From positions 11,746 to 75,745 of the forward strand of contig JAGVXG010000001.1 in assembly GCA_018303885.1 (NCBI GenBank): a stretch of DNA of 64,000 nt, written 5' to 3'. The notes under the pieces are model-generated. The model saw only the letters and a list, made by a program, of their open reading frames with translations, did not search any database and had not been told where the DNA came from. This DNA comes from Candidatus Pacearchaeota archaeon. Its GTDB lineage: Archaea > Nanobdellota > Nanobdellia > Pacearchaeales > GW2011-AR1. Every line of letters begins with the position of its first letter. The first letter of the stretch is position 1. Below, one piece after another: positions 9,069 to 18,405 of the stretch. Position numbers and translations under genes: made by a program.

Positions 9069-9740
9069 TTAACATCCTCCGACCATACCTCCCCCGCTTG
9101 TTTTACCTTGTTCGATCCCACGATAAAGATTGCTTGCAAGGTTAATGTAATCTGTAGAATCTATTCCATTGGCTTCAAGGGCTTTGGCTTTTTGCTCATG
9201 GACTCCTGGAAAGAAAAGAACTTTCCATTTTCCGAGCTCACTCAAGATTTCTATATCAGTCATGTCAGGATGATTGGTAAGAAGGTATTTTGCCAATCCC
9301 CTCATTGCATAACTGTGCGCGCATCCACAGGCTCTTTGCCCGTTTGTAAATATTATCGATTTAGCGCCACAGCAATACTCGCAACTTATTGAGCCCCCTA
9401 TTCTGATATAACGAGTCATTGTCGCGTTGTCTAACTGCATATCCTCATATGCTGTCAATTTTTGAATTGTCGCATCAGCCAGTCCTGGATTATCTGCAGA
9501 AACATCATCATAACTAACTCCCAATTCTTCACCATAAACAGCCGGCACTCCTTTTGGAATTATGCTAGAGGCAGAAACTTCGCTGATTCCTGTTGCAAGT
9601 CTTGTTTCAGAGTTTCCGTAAGTCTTTCCAAGATTAAATGCTATTACCAAAACCAAAATAGCGATGACGCCTATTTGGAAATAGAGTTCAACATCGGTTT
9701 TTCCCCCTTTCATTTCTTTAGGGTTTTTTTCGTTTTCCAT
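9069..9740 (-). CDS. Membrane-anchored Cys-rich protein (CEYCC...CGCAHS) ending GGMVGGC
   Basis: N-terminal TM; five Cys plus His cluster; C-terminal motif shared with two downstream genes. Confidence 0.85.
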   Translation of the reverse strand: MENEKNPKEMKGGKTDVELYFQIGVIAILVLVIAFNLGKTYGNSETRLATGISEVSASSIIPKGVPAVYGEELGVSYDDVSADNPGLADATIQKLTAYEDMQLDNATMTRYIRIGGSISCEYCCGAKSIIFTNGQRACGCAHSYAMRGLAKYLLTNHPDMTDIEILSELGKWKVLFFPGVHEQKAKALEANGIDSTDYINLASNLYRGIEQGKTSGGGMVGGC

Positions 9741-9777
9741 GATTTATTCAAGAATTAGTTTGTTATAACCGCTTTGG

Positions 9778-9791
9778 TGAAACTGGTTTCA
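9778..9791. promoter_or_regulatory. Palindrome TGAAAC-TG-GTTTCA
   Basis: Perfect 6-2-6 inverted repeat 38-51 nt upstream of the ATG at 9740, upstream of TATA-like GTTATAAC. Confidence 0.6.
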
Positions 9792-9802
9792 TTGACGAGA
9801 AT

Positions 9803-10285
9803 CTAATCTTTTAGAACAACAATATTATTCATTCCACGCCTTTTTCTTTCAATTAGTTGTTTGGCTTCAAGTTTGTCGAGAAGTCTTGTTGCCTTGACTT
9901 TGCCTATTTCCAGTTTCTCCATAAGAGTTGATTGGAACATTGCATTCCCTTCTTTTAAGATGAGGTCTATGACTTTTCTTTCGTCTTTATCAAGATTCTC
10001 CAAATCTAATTTCCTTTTTCTTTCTTTAACTTTTTTGACAACAATCTTCTCTTTGGGTTTTGTAAATACTAAAACCAATCCAATTATCATTAGAAGACCC
10101 ACTATGCCAAGAGACAGATATGTTTGTTGGTTTATGCCTTCATTCATAGGACAAGAAATTGAATGCTCTTCTGCGGTACAGGTTGAAGCTACTACATCTT
10201 TTAATGCACTCTGAAACAGAAATATTATTCCTATGAGTAAAATAGCAATTCCCATAATCAAAAACCCAACATGCTTATTTTCCAT
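9803..10285 (-). CDS. Membrane-bound winged-HTH transcription regulator
   Basis: Two TMs with a CTAEEHSISCPM loop, then FQSxL...KVKATRxLDKLE...ERKRRGMNN (MarR-like wHTH). Confidence 0.85.
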   Translation of the reverse strand: MENKHVGFLIMGIAILLIGIIFLFQSALKDVVASTCTAEEHSISCPMNEGINQQTYLSLGIVGLLMIIGLVLVFTKPKEKIVVKKVKERKRKLDLENLDKDERKVIDLILKEGNAMFQSTLMEKLEIGKVKATRLLDKLEAKQLIERKRRGMNNIVVLKD

Positions 10286-10327
10286 GAATTAGGGTTAAAT
10301 GTTCCGTTTATATACTTTTTTAAAATG

Positions 10328-10963
10328 TCAAGCAGAAGTGAACTCTATGACTATTTCATCGCCATCACGCATTATATGATTTTCAAACTGCTGGCTTTCT
10401 TGCCCATTAACTGACATTTTTAGTGTACTATTGCTTTCAGTGCCGATGCAATTTTCAAATATACAAGTAGAGTTGAAAGTTTTATTCCATATTTGGAAGA
10501 ATTCTCCAATTGTAAAGTCTCTGGCATAAGGCCCTTCAATATGAACTTCTCCTGAAGAATCATGCGTATGCAATGGCCTCATTATTCCTGTTTGAATTCC
10601 TATGTCTGCTGGGATTGGGAAACCCTGATTGTTTATTTTAATTTCTAAGTCTGAATGAATGTGCAATGCTATATTTTTATGGCTTCCAATATTTATCTCA
10701 GAAGCAGGAAGATCATCAAAAGAATTTGAGCTGGTCATTAAAAAATAAACTCCAAAAATAACCAATCCAAGAATTAAAATAAAAATAACCCAGTTCCTGG
10801 TTTTTTTAACCGGAAAGCGTTTCTTATCTTTTGGAACTTTTTCAGGATGTTTTGCTGCGCCATGCATTTCTAAAGCTTCTTTACTGCCGAAAATTCTGTT
10901 GCAAGATTCACATTTGAATGTTTCTTCTTTTGTTTCCATTTGATATGAAATTTTCTGCTTCAC
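10328..10963 (-). CDS. C2H2 zinc finger + TM + His-rich extracellular domain protein
   Basis: FKCESCNRIF...H...KH finger; LHIH and LHTHDSSGEVHIE motifs. Alternative ATG at 10939. Confidence 0.8.
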   Translation of the reverse strand: MKQKISYQMETKEETFKCESCNRIFGSKEALEMHGAAKHPEKVPKDKKRFPVKKTRNWVIFILILGLVIFGVYFLMTSSNSFDDLPASEINIGSHKNIALHIHSDLEIKINNQGFPIPADIGIQTGIMRPLHTHDSSGEVHIEGPYARDFTIGEFFQIWNKTFNSTCIFENCIGTESNSTLKMSVNGQESQQFENHIMRDGDEIVIEFTSA

Positions 10964-11058
10964 AGGATTTATTTGATTGTGAATAGGAGATACCCTTTAA
11001 TTAATCTGGCTCATTAATTTTACGCTTATTATATTTATTTAAATTTTCTTTGTTTATA

Positions 11059-11403
11059 TTAATTTAGCGGAATCATATCGACAACAAGATATTTACCGTC
11101 AGATGTAGCATAAACAGGAACTTCTTGTCCATCAATATTCAGTGTTATTTTGTAAAGGCTTCCTTCTTTTGATGAAGAGACAAATGTCACATTGCTATCA
11201 GGAGCTTGAGTTACCACAAAATTAAGCACCTTATCTGCAGCTTCTTTTTCACTTACGTCTGAACTCGTTGTTTTTGAAAAGATTCCTGAATTCATTAAGA
11301 TAAAAACTAAAATAAGAACAACCAGTATAACAACGATTGAAACAATCCATTTTACAGGAATTTTAATTGATTCGTTTGAAGTATGCTTCTTTTCTGAATC
11401 CAT
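11059..11403 (-). CDS. Membrane-anchored hypothetical protein (DsbC N-terminal-like tail)
   Basis: TM, then LYKITL...VYATSDGKYL. Confidence 0.7.
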   Translation of the reverse strand: MDSEKKHTSNESIKIPVKWIVSIVVILVVLILVFILMNSGIFSKTTSSDVSEKEAADKVLNFVVTQAPDSNVTFVSSSKEGSLYKITLNIDGQEVPVYATSDGKYLVVDMIPLN

Positions 11404-11529
11404 ATTAGTTTTAGTCAAAAAACCCTTATTAACCTTTTGTAATTTGATTTGGCTGAATATTCAAAATTAACATTTACTTAGTTTTTATTACCAGAAGAAT
11501 CTACCTTACAATTTTTAATTAAATTAAAA

Positions 11530-12264
11530 TTATTTTATTGAAGCTATTGCTGCTTCAAATTGAGTCCAAGGATAAGCTCCAGAAATCACAGTTGATTTAT
11601 CAGTTTCCGTGTTAACAATCACGAAGAAAGGAGTTCCTTGCCCGCCGGCTGATGTAGCTTGAGCAGTTTCCTTTGATACCTCAGAGGCGAATTTTCCGTT
11701 GTCTAAGCACGCATTAAATTGTGCTGTGTTGAGTCCAAGTTGTGAAGCATAGCCATTTAAATCGGTCACAGTTAATTTTGCTTGATTTTCGAACATCATA
11801 TCATGCATTTCCCAAAACTTTCCTTGCTCACCTGCACACAAAGAAGCTTCTGCGGCTTTCTGTGCATAAGGATGTATTGAATTTAATGGAAACTGTTTGT
11901 AAATAAGATTGACTTCTCCATTTGTGAAGTAACTGCTTGCTTTGAAATCTGCTATAGCACCAGAATATGCTCTCTCGCAAAATGGGCACTGGAAATCAGA
12001 GAATTCCAATATAGTAATTCCCGCGTCTGCGTTTCCCAGGACAGGATCATTATTCTCGATGAGGGCTTTTGCATTTATTGGTGCTTGATCATTTGTTCCG
12101 GTGTCTGTTGTGTCCGTGTTTGTGTTTCCAGAGCTACCATCATTTCTTAAAAGAAAAAATCCTCCTATAATAACTACGGCGAGTAATAAGAAAGTAGCGT
12201 ATTTCCACAAATCGCTTTTCTTTACTGTTATTGTTTTTTCTTCTTCTGACATTTTATAACTCAT
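11530..12264 (-). CDS. DsbA/BdbD family thiol-disulfide oxidoreductase
   Basis: EFSDFQCPFC, FPL, GKFWEMHD and GTP cis-Pro loop; N-terminal TM. Confidence 0.9.
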   Translation of the reverse strand: MSYKMSEEEKTITVKKSDLWKYATFLLLAVVIIGGFFLLRNDGSSGNTNTDTTDTGTNDQAPINAKALIENNDPVLGNADAGITILEFSDFQCPFCERAYSGAIADFKASSYFTNGEVNLIYKQFPLNSIHPYAQKAAEASLCAGEQGKFWEMHDMMFENQAKLTVTDLNGYASQLGLNTAQFNACLDNGKFASEVSKETAQATSAGGQGTPFFVIVNTETDKSTVISGAYPWTQFEAAIASIK

Positions 12265-12464
12265 AGTAAATCTTAAAGGACTTTTATAAATGTTTTGGTG
12301 ACAATTCGCCCGTTCATTTCATTCACTCGTATTAGCTAAATTTGTTAACATAAACTTCCATTAGAAATTATTTTATAACATATACTTATTTTATTATGGT
12401 TTAACTTTTTTATCTTTAGAGCGAGCTTCCTAATTTTAATATCAATAAGAAGCGAGCGACGTAT

Positions 12465-13451
12465 TCAAACAATCCCCTGTTCCAAAACATCGTCCCAAGA
12501 GCGTTCGCCGATTGCAACCATTGCCTCGAGCATTGTTAATATTGGTTTTGGATATTTTGCAAAATCATCCAAGGCAATTCTTGGACATGCTAATTCAACG
12601 AAAGCATCAATGTGGTAAAAATTCATTATTTTATCTGGCGTTAATTCTGACATTGTGATAACGATTGCGTTTTTTCCGGCGTTTCTAAGTTTTTCAAGAA
12701 GCTTTTTAGGATTTCCGAATTTTTGGCCAGGTTTTATCTCAACGATAATCGCGACATTTTTTGCTGCTTTGAATTTTTCAATCGAGAAAAGCCTTTGCTT
12801 TAGAATTTTTTCTTTCAAACCAGCCATGCTTCTGACATCGTCGTTGTAAACATCAATGAGAATTACTGGTTTTGTCAATGCAAGCGTGGCGCCCATTGAA
12901 TGAAATTGATTTCCTATGATGACAAATGCATCTACTTGGTCCTGAATTGCTTTTAATCCACGGTATTCACAGCCAGTTATATGCCCTTCATAGGCATTTG
13001 TTCCTGCTTTTTGTGAAAGCGTGACTTTTTTTCCATTGTCTTCGTAGAATTTTTTTACGTTTTCTATATCATGCCTGTGCTGAATTGAATAAGAAAGTCC
13101 GATTGACTTATACTGCTCGAGATGCGGAAGAGATTTGTTCAAAATAGGGTTTAAATCCAAAATGTCCTGAACTTCCATATAAAGAATTGGGAAATCAACT
13201 TCTATGAATTGCGCATGTCCGAAATGCACCAAAAGGTCGACGCCAAGAGCTTGGGCTTCCTGGACTGCAACAGAACAAGCTCCCCAGCATGTTTCTCCGG
13301 AAAATATGCATTCTATTCCAAGAGATTCTATCCAATTTGAAATTTCAGAAGCATCTCTTTTTATACCTTCTGCTAGCTGAACAAGGACTTTCTTTGGCTT
13401 CCTCTCATTTAGCTCAGAAATAAGTTTTTCCTTTTCAAAATCAAGTGTCAT
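12465..13451 (-). CDS. dph2: Diphthamide biosynthesis enzyme Dph2
   Basis: CWGAC, HFGH, GC, KPGQ and ACPRI motifs. Confidence 0.93.
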   Translation of the reverse strand: MTLDFEKEKLISELNERKPKKVLVQLAEGIKRDASEISNWIESLGIECIFSGETCWGACSVAVQEAQALGVDLLVHFGHAQFIEVDFPILYMEVQDILDLNPILNKSLPHLEQYKSIGLSYSIQHRHDIENVKKFYEDNGKKVTLSQKAGTNAYEGHITGCEYRGLKAIQDQVDAFVIIGNQFHSMGATLALTKPVILIDVYNDDVRSMAGLKEKILKQRLFSIEKFKAAKNVAIIVEIKPGQKFGNPKKLLEKLRNAGKNAIVITMSELTPDKIMNFYHIDAFVELACPRIALDDFAKYPKPILTMLEAMVAIGERSWDDVLEQGIV

Positions 13452-13631
13452 GAAAAAACAGGGGAAGTAAAGGATTAAATATGTTTTGGTTTTATTGGCT
13501 TTGTTTGTTGAACGGTATTTAGTAATTAGATAGCAAACATGTTAATGATCAGTTAAGTGCAAGTTATCTTTGATATAAAATTGGTTTTTATGATAAATAA
13601 GATTTATTAATTAGATTCTAGTTTTTTAACT

Positions 13632-14405
13632 ATGAAAGAAACCGACGAATTTATTCCAAACACTGATCTAGGCCAGCATTTCCTTATTGACAAAAAAGTA
13701 ATAGACAAGGAAATTGCGATTGCTGATTTATCTAAGGAAGATATGGTTATTGAAATTGGTGCTGGCAAAGGTTATTTGACAGAACAGCTGGCTTTGAAAA
13801 GTAAGGAAGTTCTTGCCTTTGAACTGGATCCTAGGATGAATGTTTTTTTAGACGCTCTTGAAAAGAAACATAAAAACTTGAGGGTTGTTTATGGCGATGC
13901 AATGAAGTTTTCCTGGAAAGGATATGATAAAATAGTTTCCAATATTCCTTATTTTTTAGCAGAACCATTGATAAAAAAAGCCATTGAATCAAGTATTGAA
14001 GAAATGATACTCATCGTCGGCGAAAATTTTAAAGGCACAATAACGGAAAACAAAAGCAAAGCAGGAATTACTGTTAACCTTTTCTTTGATTTTACGCCAA
14101 TTGCCATTGTTAAAAAAACTAGTTTTTCCCCAGAGCCGAGAGTTGATTCGTGGCTTATAACTTTAAAACAGAAAACTAAAGTTTCAAAGGAAGAAAGAAT
14201 ACTTCAAAGCATAATATTGAAAAAAGGAAAAATAAAAAATGCAATTATAAATTCTTTAACCTTTGAGAGCGGCTTGACAAAAAAACAAGCAAAAAACCTC
14301 TTAGAGCAAATGCACATTGAAAACTATGTTTTAAACAAACCTGTTGCCAGCATCACTGGAAGATTTTTGGAAAAGGTCAGAGATGGCTTGAAGGAATTGG
14401 CGTAA
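13632..14405 (+). CDS. rsmA: 16S rRNA adenine dimethyltransferase RsmA/KsgA
   Basis: LGQHFL, EIGAGKG, SNIPY and FSPEPRVDS. Confidence 0.92.
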   Translation: MKETDEFIPNTDLGQHFLIDKKVIDKEIAIADLSKEDMVIEIGAGKGYLTEQLALKSKEVLAFELDPRMNVFLDALEKKHKNLRVVYGDAMKFSWKGYDKIVSNIPYFLAEPLIKKAIESSIEEMILIVGENFKGTITENKSKAGITVNLFFDFTPIAIVKKTSFSPEPRVDSWLITLKQKTKVSKEERILQSIILKKGKIKNAIINSLTFESGLTKKQAKNLLEQMHIENYVLNKPVASITGRFLEKVRDGLKELA

Positions 14406-14441
14406 GGTAAGTTTTATAAATCTGGCTTTTATGGGTTTTTT

Positions 14442-15107
14442 ATGGTATTAGATGATAGATTAACATCATTACAACAGCTTCAAACTTTGGAAGTTGGAGA
14501 TGTAGAAAGAGCTATTTCTGATATAGCAAAAACAAAATTAGAAACTGAGCAAGCCATAAGCCTTTTTGAAGGAGAATTACAAAGATATAGGGAATTAATA
14601 GAAGAAAAACTTCCAAGAATAATTGATAACATTGTTACTATGGGAAGTTTTGTTCTTGAGTTGGGTGAATTTTATTTTGAAGATATTATGATACAGAAAA
14701 ATACTACTAAAAGATATAGGGCTGGGTCTAATTTAAGAAGGAGTACAAATCATGGTATAGATTTTTATATAGTATTTGATGAAGATTCTTATGTTCAAGA
14801 TATCGGTCTTCTTGAACAAAGGCTTTATAGAAGACACTGGTATTCTTTTAAAGAAATGGGTTGGGTACCTATTATTAGCGCAAAGACATCTGATGGGTTT
14901 ACAGAAGATTACATAAAATTAGCTATGCCTCCTCTTGAAAGAAGCGGAGGTTTTGTATTAATAAAACTTCCTTTAATTTTAAGCGAAATTCCGGAGATAA
15001 TTAAAAGAGTTTATGAAAGAGTAAAATGGAATGAAGAAAGAAAATTAGGCGAGCTCAAATCAAGAAATGGAGAAGTAGAATCACTGAGCGTTCCAAATTT
15101 TCCTTAA
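14442..15107 (+). CDS. Hypothetical protein
   Basis: 221-aa ORF with TATA about 22 nt upstream; coiled-coil-like N-terminus. Confidence 0.7.
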   Translation: MVLDDRLTSLQQLQTLEVGDVERAISDIAKTKLETEQAISLFEGELQRYRELIEEKLPRIIDNIVTMGSFVLELGEFYFEDIMIQKNTTKRYRAGSNLRRSTNHGIDFYIVFDEDSYVQDIGLLEQRLYRRHWYSFKEMGWVPIISAKTSDGFTEDYIKLAMPPLERSGGFVLIKLPLILSEIPEIIKRVYERVKWNEERKLGELKSRNGEVESLSVPNFP

Positions 15108-15115
15108 AATCATTT

Positions 15116-16093
15116 TTAAGTAACCATAACTTTCTCTTTTGTGATATATTCATAGGCGTAATAGGCCGCAGTGCAGCCATCTGCAACGCCTGTTATTAAT
15201 TGCTTGAATGGCTTGTCTGTTACATCACCGGCAGCGTAAACGCCATGAATATTTGTTTCAGAAGTCATGTGGTTGATTTTTATTTCTTTTTTTCCGTTGA
15301 GTTTTACCCCAAGCTGTGCTGATATCTGTGAAAGAGGCTCATGCCCTATGGCAACAAAAACACCATCAAGATTTAACTCGTTTGAACTTTTATATTTTCT
15401 ATCCAATGAAATACCCTTTACAAACTCATCGCCATTTATCTTTGTTAAATTAGTGTTGTTAATTACTTCTATTTTTTTGTTTTTTTCAATTCTTTGTAGA
15501 TTTATTGGCTCTGGATGAATCTCACTGCCGCGATAAATCATATAAACTTTTTTAGCGTATTCTGTTAAAAGCAAAGCATCTTTTGCCGCACTGTCAGAAC
15601 CGCCGATGATAGCGACTGTCTTGCCTTTGTAAAGGGGGGCGTCGCATAAAGCGCAGTAACTTAAACCCATATTTTCAAATTTACTGGAATTTTTGACAGA
15701 ATCAGGAAGTTTGCGCCATCTTGTTCCTGTTGCAAATAAAATCGTTTTTGTCTTGTAGTCTGTTTTTTCTGTTTTAACAATAAAAATGCCTTTTTTCTTT
15801 TTTATTTGCAACGCTTTTCCCCCTTTTACTGAAACTAGATCATAGCTTAATGCATGTTTCTCAATTTCCCTTGCTAATTCTGGGCCAGAAATTTTTGTGA
15901 AGCCAGGATAGTTTTCTACAATATGTGTGGTTGTTATTATACCCCCTATAGGAAGCTCTGTTCCATGAGAATGTCCTAACACAAGAGTTCGCAAACCCAG
16001 CCGGGCAGCGTACATTGCTGCTGCTAAGCCAGTGCCTCCCGCCCCTAAAACAAGAAAATCATAGTTTTTTCCTGTTGATTTTTTCTTTGACAT
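15116..16093 (-). CDS. trxB: Thioredoxin reductase
   Basis: GAGGTG, VENYPG, SYCALCD, GGSDSA and GVYAAGD. Confidence 0.93.
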   Translation of the reverse strand: MSKKKSTGKNYDFLVLGAGGTGLAAAMYAARLGLRTLVLGHSHGTELPIGGIITTTHIVENYPGFTKISGPELAREIEKHALSYDLVSVKGGKALQIKKKKGIFIVKTEKTDYKTKTILFATGTRWRKLPDSVKNSSKFENMGLSYCALCDAPLYKGKTVAIIGGSDSAAKDALLLTEYAKKVYMIYRGSEIHPEPINLQRIEKNKKIEVINNTNLTKINGDEFVKGISLDRKYKSSNELNLDGVFVAIGHEPLSQISAQLGVKLNGKKEIKINHMTSETNIHGVYAAGDVTDKPFKQLITGVADGCTAAYYAYEYITKEKVMVT

Positions 16094-16096
16094 TTT

Positions 16097-16306
16097 TTAT
16101 TTTTTATATTGTATAATTAGCCTATTTAGATATTTAATAAGTGGTAGTCTCCAATTTTTCTTAAGTTGTGTTTTAATTAATTTAACAATTTCCTTATCTT
16201 TTTTATTTAATTTATGATTTTCTAGCTTTTTAACCTTAGATAATATAACTAAGTCACTTTTATCCTTTAAAATATAATTCTTTTTTTCATAATCTGTAAT
16301 TTTCAT
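16097..16306 (-). CDS. Small basic hypothetical protein
   Basis: 69 aa, coupled between grx and trxB by an ATGA overlap. Confidence 0.65.
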   Translation of the reverse strand: MKITDYEKKNYILKDKSDLVILSKVKKLENHKLNKKDKEIVKLIKTQLKKNWRLPLIKYLNRLIIQYKK

Positions 16307-16539
16307 CTTATTTTCAAAGCTTTTTTCAAAGCCCCCTCATTATAGCCAACAATTATTTTTCCATTGATGTCGATAACAGGAACGCCCATTTGGCCAGACT
16401 TATGGATCATTTCCATTGCTGCTTTTCTATCTGAGCCGACATCTAATTCTGTGAATTTGACTTTGTGAGATGTTAAAAATTCTCTTGCTTTAGCACACCA
16501 AATACATGTTTCTGTTGAATAAATTTTGACATTAACCAT
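16303..16539 (-). CDS. Glutaredoxin/NrdH-like redoxin
   Basis: YSTxTCIWC and SGQMGVPVI. Confidence 0.9.
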   Translation of the reverse strand: MVNVKIYSTETCIWCAKAREFLTSHKVKFTELDVGSDRKAAMEMIHKSGQMGVPVIDINGKIIVGYNEGALKKALKIR

Positions 16540-16591
16540 TTCTTTAATAACAAGGAATAAGTTATAAATTTAACTTATTAAAAACTTTTAA

Positions 16592-17482
16592 ATGAGTTCT
16601 CCCTTTGTATCAATAGGAGAAAAGAGGAGAATGACTTATTACTTTCCGGTTCTTGGCGCTTTGGCTTTGGCTGCAGGAACAATTTTAGAACGGCTTGTGT
16701 TGAAAAAAAGAAAAGTAGACATCAAACTTTATCAGGTTGCTTCTTTTCTTGCAATAGTCGTTTCTATGCTTCCTCTTATTTATTTTTTCTGGAGAATCGA
16801 CGCTCCTGCACTTGAAATAAAAAACATCATAGTTCTTCTTGCTGTTGTTCTATTTTCAATTTTTGCAAATCTTTTGGTTTTTTATTCCATGAAATGGGAA
16901 AAAGTTACAAATCTTGAGCCGGCAAGGGTTTTAGAGCCTTTATTCGTGATTATTCTTGCAATCGTCTTTAGTTTTTTTGCCGAGGGGCTTTATGAGAGAA
17001 ATATCAGGATAATTGTGCCTGCGTTAATTGCCGGGCTCGTGTTAGTACTGACGCACTTTAAAAAAGACCATTTAGAATTCAATAAGTATTTTATTGCGGC
17101 GATTGCCGGAAGTTTTTTCTTTGCTTTGGAGCTTGTGGTTTCTAGACTGATTCTCGATTACTACTCGCCGCTAAGTTTTTATTTTTTGCGAAGCTCATCG
17201 ATTTTTTTGATTAGCTGGGCTATTTTCAGGCCAAAGTTTGGAAACTTAAGCACTAAAGTTAAATGGGAGATTTTTCTGACAGGTGTCGTATGGGTTGTTT
17301 ACAGAGTTGTGGTTTACTACGGGTATCTGAATATAGGAGTAGTATTCACGACGCTTCTTCTTATGCTTGCTCCAGTGCTAATTTACGTTTTTGCACACTT
17401 TTTCCTCAAGGAGAAAATGAGCTGGAAGAACTTTGTTGCCAGCATTGTTATTGTTGGCTCTGTTGGTTATGTTATATTTTGA
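16592..17482 (+). CDS. DMT/EamA family transporter
   Basis: About ten TMs in two repeats, ending FLKEK. The start may be MTYY at 16631. Confidence 0.8.
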   Translation: MSSPFVSIGEKRRMTYYFPVLGALALAAGTILERLVLKKRKVDIKLYQVASFLAIVVSMLPLIYFFWRIDAPALEIKNIIVLLAVVLFSIFANLLVFYSMKWEKVTNLEPARVLEPLFVIILAIVFSFFAEGLYERNIRIIVPALIAGLVLVLTHFKKDHLEFNKYFIAAIAGSFFFALELVVSRLILDYYSPLSFYFLRSSSIFLISWAIFRPKFGNLSTKVKWEIFLTGVVWVVYRVVVYYGYLNIGVVFTTLLLMLAPVLIYVFAHFFLKEKMSWKNFVASIVIVGSVGYVIF

Positions 17483-18405
17483 GAGGTTAGAGGAATAGAA
17501 GACCTTATTTGAGATTCAATGATTTCTCTTGCTTTTGATGAGATTCCCCAACGGTTCCTAGAATCAAATTGAGAACTATCATAATCCAAACGTAACTCAT
17601 TAAGCCCAGTTACATAATAAACTCTTATATTATTTTTTTTAGTTGCTGAATCAATAACACCCCTGTACACAGATTTATCTGGATAAGTTAGATAAGATAA
17701 GGTATTGAACAAAATTCTTCTTATATTAGAATTCCTAGTTAAAATACTACAAGATTTGCTTTCACTAACAGAGAGATAAAGTGCTGTAGCAATAAGCTGT
17801 TCACTTGTGTGGAAATCTTCTACTTTTTTTGGACCTCTATTAGGATGATAAACTTTCTCATAATCCACTTTTGCGCCAGTATTTTCTGTTACGCTTAAAA
17901 CAATTCTTTCCAGAAAATTGTATTTTTCATTATTTCTACGCGCGAGTTCGGACCTTTTAGATTGCTGATAAGACACGTGCAACAAGTTACATAACTCGTT
18001 TAACATAACCTTTTCTACTGATTCATTTTCAGAGTGATCTGTAAATCTTTTTCCGCTCCGTCTTAGAGATCTTTTTTCTTCTCCTAACAAAAAACTTATT
18101 TTATCTGAAAGAATATTTACAATGGTAAGAATTTCAGATGAAACCCCACTTACAACAAATGTTTTTGGGTGTGCCAAGAGATTGAGAGAGGATTTTGTGT
18201 ATTCAATCTGCCTTTGTATTGAATTAAAATCAAGTTCTGAAAATCGGTGTATTGGATAGATAAAATCCCAATACCAATCACTACCTTTTCCTTGACCAAA
18301 AGTAGAATTATCACAGAGAACATAGTCTGCTTGCTGAAGAACACTCTGAAGAGTTAATGTTGTTTTTCCTTGGTTTTGCTGCTGTTGACTAATCTCAGAA
18401 CTCAT
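17467..18405 (-). CDS. Hypothetical protein with degenerate PIN-like motifs
   Basis: VLCDNS, VSSEI, SEQLIATAL and ILTRNSNI pattern. Confidence 0.55.
   Translation of the reverse strand: MSSEISQQQQNQGKTTLTLQSVLQQADYVLCDNSTFGQGKGSDWYWDFIYPIHRFSELDFNSIQRQIEYTKSSLNLLAHPKTFVVSGVSSEILTIVNILSDKISFLLGEEKRSLRRSGKRFTDHSENESVEKVMLNELCNLLHVSYQQSKRSELARRNNEKYNFLERIVLSVTENTGAKVDYEKVYHPNRGPKKVEDFHTSEQLIATALYLSVSESKSCSILTRNSNIRRILFNTLSYLTYPDKSVYRGVIDSATKKNNIRVYYVTGLNELRLDYDSSQFDSRNRWGISSKAREIIESQIRSSIPLTSQNIT

Noticed and set aside
8459-9090. Selenocysteine or readthrough at the GGC tails
   Set aside because: All three genes end in TAA, not TGA, and no SECIS-like element was seen.
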